Positions 27,778-35,603 of a stretch of DNA of 64,000 nt are shown here, one piece after another. The stretch is taken from positions 6,756 to 70,755 of the IMG/VR virus record IMGVR_UViG_3300025082_000007. One strand, given 5' to 3'. Source of the stretch: a virus. The position numbers and the translations under genes are program-made. Under the pieces are notes generated by a model that saw only the letters and a program-made list of their open reading frames with translations, did not search any database and was not told the origin of the DNA. Position 1 is the stretch's first letter; every line of letters begins with the position of its first letter.

Positions 27778-27965
27778 CAGGCTACCCTCTCCACGATGGC
27801 GCCGCAGGTATAGCCACCGGCCATGTTCTTGGCATCGGCCTCGCTGTAGAAGATGATGGCCTTGCTGCGCTCTGGGGTCCAGCAGGCAACGCCGTGAAGG
27901 GCCAGAACGAATTTGGGGTTGATGGCGTTGCGGACGATGAATTTGGGATGCGTGGGGGCGGTCAT
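27777..27965 (-). CDS. Hypothetical protein
   Basis: RBS aggag. Confidence 0.6.
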   Translation of the reverse strand: MTAPTHPKFIVRNAINPKFVLALHGVACWTPERSKAIIFYSEADAKNMAGGYTCGAIVERVA

Positions 27966-28047
27966 GTCAGTCTCCTGTTTGAGGTGGTCCTACCCCTTAA
28001 GGCCCGTCCCTTGCGGGTACGGGCCTGTTGGGGCTGGGGTGCGGGGG

Positions 28048-28254
28048 TTAGAGGGTGGCGGCGAACTCTTTGGCGACGCGGAAGGCGGTGACCCAGGCGA
28101 CGCTCATGTCGTTGATGTTGGTGTAGGTCACGTCGGTGCCCGTCTCGCGGTCGAAGCGCATATAGATGGGGCCGTTGGTGACTTCGATTTCGACGCCGTC
28201 ATCGGAAGCTACTAGGCCGAAGTTTTTAAGGTTGGGGTTTATGAAGGTGGTCAT
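28048..28254 (-). CDS. Hypothetical protein
   Basis: RBS aggag in cacccacccaggagc leader. Confidence 0.65.
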   Translation of the reverse strand: MTTFINPNLKNFGLVASDDGVEIEVTNGPIYMRFDRETGTDVTYTNINDMSVAWVTAFRVAKEFAATL

Positions 28255-28293
28255 GCGCTTGCTCCTGGGTGGGTGTTGCTGTCTGCTGTCTAA

Positions 28294-28322
28294 GATGTAG
28301 CAACGATGCTACAGCATTACAA
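28294..28322 (-). promoter_or_regulatory. Island promoter with 18-bp operator, divergent from MCP promoter
   Basis: TGTAGCAACGATGCTACA at 28296-28313; TTGTAA -35 on minus strand; TTGACA at 28335 on plus strand. Confidence 0.7.
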
Positions 28323-28370
28323 GGGGTAAAATGGTTGACAGCGCAAAAAAAATGCCTCAAGCTCCAACCT

Positions 28371-28475
28371 CGCCCGCGTCGAGGGCGTAAAAATCGACGG
28401 TTCGTCTCGCTCACGTCATAGAGCGGTCTCGCCGACACCAGCGATATTGGTGTGCGATAGACCAATAGACGTGAG
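28371..28475 (+). ncRNA. Putative structured 5' leader of the major capsid gene (three tandem pseudoknot-compatible units)
   Basis: cgccc/gggcg + cgtcga/tcgacg; cgt/acg + cgctc/gagcg; tcgc/gcga + acacca/tggtgt. Confidence 0.5.
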
Positions 28476-28487
28476 GAAATCAGTACC

Positions 28488-29564
28488 ATGGCGACGACAC
28501 AACATGGGGTTAACCACCCTCTTGCGGTCAAAGTCTGGTCAACGAAGTTGATGCGGGAGGCCCTGAAAGAGACCTTCGCATCACGCTTCATGGGTCGATC
28601 CAAGGACAGTCTCATCTACGTCAAGGACGAACTGACCAAGGGTCCAGGTGACCGCATCACATCCGGCCTCCGTGTCCAACTCTCTGGAGCCGGTATCGCG
28701 GGTGACGGAACCCTCGAAGGAAACGAGGAAGCTCTCGTCACCTACAACGACAACCTGTACATCGATCAGCTACGCCACGCCGTCCGAAGCGATGGACGCA
28801 TGTCGGAGCAACGCATCCCTTTCAGCATCCGCGAGGAGAGCATGGATGGGCTGCGTGATTGGTGGGCAGACCGTATCGACACGGCGTTTTTCAATCAGAT
28901 TGCCGGCAACACGGGTCAAGGCGACACTCGTTATACCGGCCTTCAGGCAGCCATCGCGGCCTCCACTGACACGGGCAACACCCGTATCATCTTCGGCCCC
29001 GGCGCTGCCACGACTGAGAACTCCCTGTCGGCCTCGGAAAGTGCATCGGCCAACTTCCAACTCACCATGATCGACAAAGCCATCAACATCGCCAAGACGG
29101 CGAGCCCGTTGATCCGGCCCCTGGTCGTAAACGGTGCGAAGAAGTATGTCGCGTTCCTACATCCCAACCAAGTTTACAACTTGAGGACGGATGCCACGAC
29201 AGCCCGTGTCACTTGGTACGACACGCAGCGTGCCCTGGTGGAAGGCGGCAAGACCGATAGCCCAATCTACAACGGCGCTCTAGGTGAGTACAACGGTGTC
29301 ATCCTTCACGAAAGCACCCGCGTGCCCCTTGCGCCTTCCACAACCACCGTGCGTCGAGCCGTCTTCTGCGGCGCCCAGGCGGCATGTTTTGCAACCGGGC
29401 GTGAGAACCCCACTGACCAACAGATGACGTGGGTTGAAGAACTGTTCGATTACGGCAACCAGCTAGGCGTCAGCGCCGGCCTCATCTTTGGTCTCAAGAA
29501 GTCGCGGTACAATGCCATCGACTTCGGGACCGTTGTGATGGCATCGCACGCTGAAGCCCCGTAG
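28488..29564 (+). CDS. Major capsid protein (N4-gp56/DUF4043 type)
   Basis: VKVWS..L; ELTKGPGDRIT.GL; LEGNEEAL; IDQLRHAV; YVAFLHPNQ; GEYNGVILHE; EELFDYGNQ; DFG. Confidence 0.93.
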   Translation: MATTQHGVNHPLAVKVWSTKLMREALKETFASRFMGRSKDSLIYVKDELTKGPGDRITSGLRVQLSGAGIAGDGTLEGNEEALVTYNDNLYIDQLRHAVRSDGRMSEQRIPFSIREESMDGLRDWWADRIDTAFFNQIAGNTGQGDTRYTGLQAAIAASTDTGNTRIIFGPGAATTENSLSASESASANFQLTMIDKAINIAKTASPLIRPLVVNGAKKYVAFLHPNQVYNLRTDATTARVTWYDTQRALVEGGKTDSPIYNGALGEYNGVILHESTRVPLAPSTTTVRRAVFCGAQAACFATGRENPTDQQMTWVEELFDYGNQLGVSAGLIFGLKKSRYNAIDFGTVVMASHAEAP

Positions 29565-29575
29565 GAGGTGATGAG

Positions 29576-30037
29576 ATGACCACATTCACCGCATCCCTCC
29601 ACCAAAGCCAGCCTCGTGAAATCCACGCTGGGCTCCAGACTGCAAGCTCCAAGCTCACCACATCGGCCACCGGCACTGCCGGCTCCGTTTTTTTGGTGGC
29701 CAAGGTGCCCAATCAGGCGCACATCAAGGATTTCTGGCTGTTTGCCGACGATGCCGGCGCGGACCAGACTTGGTCCGTGGGTATCGTGCGTCCCGAGGGG
29801 TCGACCTCAGGGTCGATCACCATCCTGGCAGCCGTTCTCTTGGCGGCGACCTCGACCTCGGGTGGCTCGACTACCATCCGGCCTGCCGGCGGTTTGCTGC
29901 CGTACAAGATATCCATCTCCGACGAGGCCCTGCCTCGATGGGCATGGATTGCCGTCACGGCAGCGGCAGCCATCTCGGCTTCTGCTGACCTACGCTTTGT
30001 CGCCACCTACGACATGGACGACGACAACATGGGTTAG
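29576..30037 (+). CDS. Ser/Thr/Ala-rich putative capsid decoration protein
   Basis: Immediately follows MCP with RBS aggaggt; beta-rich pattern. Confidence 0.6.
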   Translation: MTTFTASLHQSQPREIHAGLQTASSKLTTSATGTAGSVFLVAKVPNQAHIKDFWLFADDAGADQTWSVGIVRPEGSTSGSITILAAVLLAATSTSGGSTTIRPAGGLLPYKISISDEALPRWAWIAVTAAAAISASADLRFVATYDMDDDNMG

Positions 30038-30125
30038 CCGGCCTGAGTGAGGCCTGGAGGAGGAGACCACGTCGCACGACGTGACGAGTTGGGAGGGGTG
30101 GCGTTCGCGCCCCTCCCACTCCCTG

Positions 30126-30152
30126 CCCCGCCTGCGTGCGGGGTTTATTTTT
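30126..30152 (+). terminator. Intrinsic terminator after capsid genes
   Basis: ccccgc-ctgcgt-gcgggg then tttattttt; two further hairpins at 30067-30082 and about 30090-30118. Confidence 0.7.
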
Positions 30153-30170
30153 GGCAGAAGGGCAAGAGTG

Positions 30171-31676
30171 ATGGCAGATACAGCGGCTAAGGGGTATCGC
30201 TACCAGTCAGCCAACGAGAGGCTGGAGATGGCCAAAGAGACCCACTCCAAGGCCATGGACAGTTCTGACCCCAAAGAGGTTCACGAGCTTATGACGCGGG
30301 CTGAGAACCTCTACAACAGCATCCTCAACAAGAGGTTCGATGAGCCCATCCTCCTCTATTTCATGGGCCTGCTCTACTGCCAGAAGGGCTTCCACGGTCT
30401 GGGGGCTCTCATCCTCCACCGCTGTCTCGAAAGTCTGCCAGACCTGGGTGATGCCTGGAACAATTTGGGCATCTGTTACTATAGAGAGTACAGAATCGAT
30501 CAGGCGGCTGCCTGCTTCGAGAAGGCGGCGGAGCTATTACCAGATGGTCGGGCTGACATCTACGCCAACATGGCGGGTCTCTTCATCAACCGGAACACGC
30601 CCGAGAAATGTATTGAGTGGGCCAACAAATCCTTGATCGAGGAGCCCGGTCATCCCATCGGAAAGTGGAACAAGGCTCTTGCCCAACTGGAGCTTCAGGA
30701 CTGGGCCAACGGGTGGGACAACTACGAGGCTCGCCTCGATCCAGGGTCGAACTGTCCCATCGCACTGCGGAACTATGAGGATGAGCCCGGCCAGATGACG
30801 CCCTGGTGGGACGGCAAGAGCGACGGCCTCGTGGTCATCCATGGCGAGCAGGGTGTGGGCGATGAGGTGATGTTCGCAACGTGCATCCCGGAGCTTGCGG
30901 CAAAGCATCCCGGCGTCGAGTGGGTGGTCGAAAGCACACCCATCATGCATGACCTCCTGGAAAGGAGCTTCGCAGGTCTACCAACCGTGACGGTCTTCGG
31001 CACGCACATGGTCGATGGCAAGGAGTGGCGCAACGGGCGCAAGGTGGACTACAAGGTCGCCCTCGGCTCTCTTCCCAGGACCATTCGCCGGAAGGATGAA
31101 GACTTCCCCGGTACGCCAATCCTCATCCCCAGCCCGAAGCTGCAACGCGAGTTCCGCAGGAAGTTCGACAAGATGCGGGACGGGCCGAAGGTTGGCATCG
31201 CATGGCAAGGGGGTGTCCAAAAGACGCGGATCGATCTTCGTTCCGTCATGCCCGACGATCTCATCCCCATCCTCACCCAGGACGCTGACTTCATTTCCCT
31301 CCAGTACACGGACGATGCCCAGCGCATCCTGCAGGAGTTCGAGAAGGACACCGGCCTCCACCTTCATCACTGGAAACATGGTGCCGGCCCAGACGACATG
31401 GAGGCCAAGGCGGCGCTGATCAGCGAACTCGACTTGGTCATCTCCGTCTGCCAGTCAGCCATCCACATCGGTGGTGCCGTTGGCACGCCGACATGGGTTA
31501 TGGTTCCCTCGGGAGCCGCGTGGCGATATGGTATCAAGGGCAACATGCCCTGGTACAACTCGGTCGACCTCAAGCGCCAGAAGGAAGGCGACCCGTGGGC
31601 CATCATCATCGGACAGGTGGCGGCGGAGTTCGCGTCATGGCGTCAGAATGAATGGAACGACCGGGGGGCTGCGTGA
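30171..31676 (+). CDS. TPR + GT-B glycosyltransferase (GT9/FlmG-like architecture)
   Basis: TPRs (AWNNLGICY, IYANMA, WNKALAQL); EQGVGDEVMF; KVGIAWQG; FISLQY; AALISELDLVISV...H.GGAVGTPTW; WRY...PWY.SV. Confidence 0.88.
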   Translation: MADTAAKGYRYQSANERLEMAKETHSKAMDSSDPKEVHELMTRAENLYNSILNKRFDEPILLYFMGLLYCQKGFHGLGALILHRCLESLPDLGDAWNNLGICYYREYRIDQAAACFEKAAELLPDGRADIYANMAGLFINRNTPEKCIEWANKSLIEEPGHPIGKWNKALAQLELQDWANGWDNYEARLDPGSNCPIALRNYEDEPGQMTPWWDGKSDGLVVIHGEQGVGDEVMFATCIPELAAKHPGVEWVVESTPIMHDLLERSFAGLPTVTVFGTHMVDGKEWRNGRKVDYKVALGSLPRTIRRKDEDFPGTPILIPSPKLQREFRRKFDKMRDGPKVGIAWQGGVQKTRIDLRSVMPDDLIPILTQDADFISLQYTDDAQRILQEFEKDTGLHLHHWKHGAGPDDMEAKAALISELDLVISVCQSAIHIGGAVGTPTWVMVPSGAAWRYGIKGNMPWYNSVDLKRQKEGDPWAIIIGQVAAEFASWRQNEWNDRGAA

Positions 31677-32119
31677 TGGATGATGCAAGACACATGAGGG
31701 GAGCCCTCAAGTTTGCTGAGGAGCATGGCAAGTGTCGGCGGCGGAAAATAGCTTGCGTACTTGTTAATGCCGAGGGTGTGGAGATGGCCGGTGGGGCCAA
31801 TGGCCCTCCTGGGTGGTCATGCCTCGACAAGCCTTGTCCCGATGCAGATGTCCCGGCGGGCGATGGTGCGTATCGGCGTGTGAGGTGCCATGGCATCCAT
31901 GCCGAGGTGGATGCTCTCATCGATCTAAAGTCGGAGCCTTACCCCATCGATGACATCCACACCATCTATTGCACCAAAGCCCCCTGTCTCGCCTGTGCGG
32001 AGATGCTTTTGATGACGCCGGCACAACGCCTCGTCTTCGCCGTCTGGCCCAACGACAAGTCAGGCCTTGAAGCCTGGAGCGATGCCGGGCGTGCCTACTC
32101 CTGTCTGGGGGATGGTTGA
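31673..32119 (+). CDS. dCMP/cytidine deaminase-family protein
   Basis: CRRRKIAC; HAEVDAL; PCLAC zinc motif. Confidence 0.88.
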   Translation: MMDDARHMRGALKFAEEHGKCRRRKIACVLVNAEGVEMAGGANGPPGWSCLDKPCPDADVPAGDGAYRRVRCHGIHAEVDALIDLKSEPYPIDDIHTIYCTKAPCLACAEMLLMTPAQRLVFAVWPNDKSGLEAWSDAGRAYSCLGDG

Positions 32120-32661
32120 TGTTGATCACCGACGAGTATCGTAGGCTCAACGCTGAACTCCACGACATCAACCCGGCGTATGGCGTCAAGGGACAGGAGC
32201 AGGTGCCTTTCGTCATGGAACTTTTCTCCGCCTTCGATGCGACGACGATCCTCGACTACGGTTGCGGCAAGGGGAAACTAAAGATGTCGCTCATGGCATC
32301 CGGCTTCCCCGAGGTGGCTGCCAGGATGCAGGAGTATGACCCCGCCATCCCCGGCAAGGACCACGCTCCAGACCCGGCAGACATCGTGATCTGCTCAGAC
32401 GTGTTGGAGCATGTCGAGCCGGTTTGCCTCGAAGAGGTGCTGGATGATCTCCAGCGCCTGACGAGGCTTGCGGCCTTCGCCCTGATCTCCACGATCCCTG
32501 CGGAGAAGGAACTGACGGACGGGCGCAACACGCACCTCATCATCGAGCCGTCACAGTGGTGGATGCCGAAGCTCCAGGAACGCTTCGACCTGATGAGATT
32601 TGATGCCGGGGAACGGGAGACGTTCAGATGCTTTCTGACACCGTATGCCGCGTCTTCATAG
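32116..32661 (+). CDS. Class I SAM-dependent methyltransferase
   Basis: ILDYGCGKG; YDPAI; DIVICSDVLEHVE. Confidence 0.9.
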   Translation: MMLITDEYRRLNAELHDINPAYGVKGQEQVPFVMELFSAFDATTILDYGCGKGKLKMSLMASGFPEVAARMQEYDPAIPGKDHAPDPADIVICSDVLEHVEPVCLEEVLDDLQRLTRLAAFALISTIPAEKELTDGRNTHLIIEPSQWWMPKLQERFDLMRFDAGERETFRCFLTPYAASS

Positions 32662-33344
32662 GCTACGACGAACGGCAGCACGATGCCTATGAGGTGTGCC
32701 GGCACACATTGCTGAAGCATGCCTCGATCCCTCTCCTGGTCGAGCAAATCGATCAGACGGCACTCCGACACGCCGGCCTCTACCGTCGCGCCCCGCATCC
32801 AGGGACGTGGATCGACACGGTTGACGGCAAGAGTTTCTCCTCCCAGTTCAGCTTCACCCGCTTCCTCGTGCCGGCGTTGTGCCAGTTCAAGGGGTGGGCT
32901 CTCTACATGGATTGTGACTTCCTCTGGCGCCGGGATGTGAGGGCGATCTTCGATCTGGTTGAAGAGAACCGGAACAAGTCAGCCTTGGTGGTGCATCACG
33001 ACTTCAAGCCCAGCGAGATGGTCAAGATGGATGGCAAGGAACAGACCGTCTACACCAACAAGAACTGGTCGAGCCTGATGCTCCTCAACAACAAGGCTTG
33101 CAATGCGCTGACGCCAGACGTGGTCAACACACGTCCTGGTCAGTGGTTACACACCTTTCGCTGGGTGGGAGCGATCTACAGCTTAGGTTCGATTGATGGA
33201 CGGTGGAACTGGATACCGGGCCACTCGACGCACACTGAACCGGGTGCCGTCCATTTTACCAAAGGCGTCCCCTCGATGGAGGGGTATGCAGATCAACCCT
33301 ACGCGGACGAATGGTTCGCAGCACTTGAAGAGGTGAGACCATGA
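32628..33344 (+). CDS. GT-A glycosyltransferase (GT8/CDI-like)
   Basis: VFIGYD; FSFTRFLVP; DxD motif YMDCDFL; KNWSSLML; WNW; HFTKG.P. Confidence 0.88.
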   Translation: MLSDTVCRVFIGYDERQHDAYEVCRHTLLKHASIPLLVEQIDQTALRHAGLYRRAPHPGTWIDTVDGKSFSSQFSFTRFLVPALCQFKGWALYMDCDFLWRRDVRAIFDLVEENRNKSALVVHHDFKPSEMVKMDGKEQTVYTNKNWSSLMLLNNKACNALTPDVVNTRPGQWLHTFRWVGAIYSLGSIDGRWNWIPGHSTHTEPGAVHFTKGVPSMEGYADQPYADEWFAALEEVRP

Positions 33345-34297
33345 CAGCCCTTGAAAACACGATCACCGAGAGGATAGACCGCATTACCAAGATGTCGGCG
33401 GACTATTATGTGCCGGCACCCCCCATCCCTCGATCCTGCAAGATCGAACTGACGGGGCGCTGCAACTTCGCCTGTGCCTTCTGTGCCCGGTCACTTCTTC
33501 TTCGAGATCAGAAAGACATGGACCGGGCGCTCTACTCCCGGCTCATCAGAGAGCTTCATGATGCCGGCGTTCATGACCTCGGGTTCTTCCACCTGGGTGA
33601 AAGTTTCATGGTCTCCTGGCTGCCTGAGGCCATCCAAGAGGCGAACGATGTCGGTTTTGGCCTGACCTTCCTGACGACCAACGGCTCCCTCTCGACGGGC
33701 AAGCGGGTCGAGGCTTGCATGGAGGCAGGACTGCAATCCCTGAAGTTCTCTCTCAACTACGCCGACAAGCAGCAGTTCGTGGACATCGCCAGGGTCAAGG
33801 GCGACCTCTTCGATGTGATGGTCAACAACATCAAGGATGCTTACCGGGTGCGCGAGGCCGGCGGCTACAGGTGCCAACTCTCGGCCTCCTATATCACCTA
33901 CGATGAGGATCAAGGTGAGCGCATGCAGGCGCTGATCTATGAACTCGATCCCTTCCTCGATGAGATCTACGAACTCCCCCTCTATAATCAGGCTGACTTG
34001 ATGACGGAGGAGGAGCAGTCGAGGGGCTGGGTGCCGTCCGCCGGCAACCGTGGCCGTAAGGATATGATGCGGGCTCCGCTCCCGTGCTGGGTGCTATTCA
34101 CGGAAGCGCACATCAGTTGGCAGGGGCAGCTTGCGGCCTGCTGCTTTGATCACAACATCACCTTCGATATGGGTAATCTGAAAGAGATGTCTTTCAAGGA
34201 AGCTTGGCACTCAGAAGCCTTTCAAAAACTCCGGGCTGCTAGTCTGGCCAAAGACGTGAGGGGAACACCATGCGAAAATTGTGTAGTTGGAGGTTAG
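33341..34297 (+). CDS. Radical SAM protein with SPASM/twitch domain
   Basis: ELTGRCNFACAFC; TTNGS; PCW...AACCFD...GNL...W.S...PCENC. Confidence 0.93.
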   Translation: MTALENTITERIDRITKMSADYYVPAPPIPRSCKIELTGRCNFACAFCARSLLLRDQKDMDRALYSRLIRELHDAGVHDLGFFHLGESFMVSWLPEAIQEANDVGFGLTFLTTNGSLSTGKRVEACMEAGLQSLKFSLNYADKQQFVDIARVKGDLFDVMVNNIKDAYRVREAGGYRCQLSASYITYDEDQGERMQALIYELDPFLDEIYELPLYNQADLMTEEEQSRGWVPSAGNRGRKDMMRAPLPCWVLFTEAHISWQGQLAACCFDHNITFDMGNLKEMSFKEAWHSEAFQKLRAASLAKDVRGTPCENCVVGG

Positions 34298-34409
34298 CCA
34301 CGGCTCAAGACAGCCCTCCAAGATTGCCGGCGTCGTGAGCCAGAAATCGCCGTAGGTGGGTGACTTGTGGCTCTGGATGGGGTAGGGTTCTTCCAAGAAG
34401 GAGATGACC

Positions 34410-34580
34410 ATGGTCCTCAGGTTACCTCAAATGGTTGCCGGCGCTAGCGGTGGTGGGCTTTGGAACGGTGCCCTTGGTGCTGCCGCTCCTCTGACACCCC
34501 CAATGTTCGGTGATAGTGTTTTCACAGGGCCTTACACCGCCCCAGGTGATGTCAGCGCCCTTTCCGAGGCCCGGAGTTAG
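34410..34580 (+). CDS. Small 56-aa protein not in ORF track (RLPxMVAGAS motif)
   Basis: RBS aaggag; manual translation MVLRLPQMVAGASGGGLWNGALGAAAPLTPPMFGDSVFTGPYTAPGDVSALSEARS. Confidence 0.6.
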   Translation: MVLRLPQMVAGASGGGLWNGALGAAAPLTPPMFGDSVFTGPYTAPGDVSALSEARS

Positions 34581-34582
34581 TC

Positions 34583-35023
34583 ATGGCCTACCAGCCCCAA
34601 CGCCTTCCTATGATGGTTGCTGGCGCATCGCCCGCCCAGCCTGTCGGGATCGATGTTGGCCCTCAGCCCCTTACCCCAGTGCAGGAAGAGTTTTGGAGGA
34701 CGTTTGGAACACCCCCCAAGCGAGTTTCAAACTATCCTGGGGAGCCTCTCAGCAGAAGCTATCAGGTTGATCCCGATGTTCCTCCCGAGGCCTTCCACGA
34801 TTATATCCGCAGGCAACACCCAGACATGATGGGTGATTTTTACCGGGGGGAAGAGGCTTCTGGGGCTAGCTTCTTGGACACAATCCGCAAGAGGGCTGAG
34901 TTGTATACCCCCTTCCTGGCTGATGGTGAAGACCCCAGGATGGTTGCCCTGAGAAAGCGTTTGTTCATGATCGAAATGCAGAAGAAGCTCATGGGGCGTG
35001 CCCCAGGTGAGTTCGATATTTGA
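34583..35023 (+). CDS. Hypothetical protein (RLPxMVAGAS motif)
   Basis: RBS ggag; MAYQPQRLPMMVAGAS. Confidence 0.6.
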   Translation: MAYQPQRLPMMVAGASPAQPVGIDVGPQPLTPVQEEFWRTFGTPPKRVSNYPGEPLSRSYQVDPDVPPEAFHDYIRRQHPDMMGDFYRGEEASGASFLDTIRKRAELYTPFLADGEDPRMVALRKRLFMIEMQKKLMGRAPGEFDI

Positions 35024-35078
35024 CCAGGGTGACACAGCCCTCGGCATCGAGTACAATCCCAACAGATAGAGGTGACCC

Positions 35079-35591
35079 ATGAGCCGACGCTCACAGATTG
35101 CGGCGAACCCCGGCCTCCAAGCGACGACGCCTCAGGCCGAAAACCCAGCCCCACCCCCGGTGGTCAATCCAACCGTGGACGGGGTTTCTTCTCCACGTCG
35201 CCGCCACTTCTTCAAAGCAAACGGTGTGGCGGGCCAGGAGACACCCAACAACCGCCGCATCCGGGAACTTGAGCAGGAGCTTTCAACGCTCCGTGGCCAT
35301 GAGAGACAGAAACAAGAGGAGAGAGACCATGAAGAGCGGGAACAGCGTGAAGATCTCGAAGGGCGGTCACACCGGGGACGTGAAGAACACGCCGGGTGGG
35401 AAGTCGAACCAAGCGAACTTGGCGGCGAGCGCAGTGGCGGGCCGGGACGGCAATCCGGGTCGAACGACGGACAACAGCGGCAAAGCCAAGCTGCCGAAGG
35501 GGGCCAAGAGCTACTAGCTTGCCCCCATTGCGGGCAGGCCTGCAAGAACAAGGCAGGCCTTTCTGCCCATGTGAGGTACAAGCACAAGTAG
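35079..35591 (+). CDS. Hypothetical protein with C-terminal C2H2 zinc finger
   Basis: RBS gaggt; CPHCGQACKNKAGLSAHVRYKH. Confidence 0.6.
   Translation: MSRRSQIAANPGLQATTPQAENPAPPPVVNPTVDGVSSPRRRHFFKANGVAGQETPNNRRIRELEQELSTLRGHERQKQEERDHEEREQREDLEGRSHRGREEHAGWEVEPSELGGERSGGPGRQSGSNDGQQRQSQAAEGGQELLACPHCGQACKNKAGLSAHVRYKHK
35329..35517 (+). CDS. Nested 62-aa basic Gly/Lys-rich peptide
   Basis: RBS gaggag; MKSGNSVKISKGGHTG...KLPKGAKSY in a different frame inside 35079-35591. Confidence 0.45.
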   Translation: MKSGNSVKISKGGHTGDVKNTPGGKSNQANLAASAVAGRDGNPGRTTDNSGKAKLPKGAKSY

Positions 35592-35603
35592 GGGGCCGCA
35601 TCG

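Noticed and set aside
34296-34372. tRNA gene
   Set aside because: Length is tRNA-like but there is no TTCRA T-loop and no canonical cloverleaf or anticodon arm
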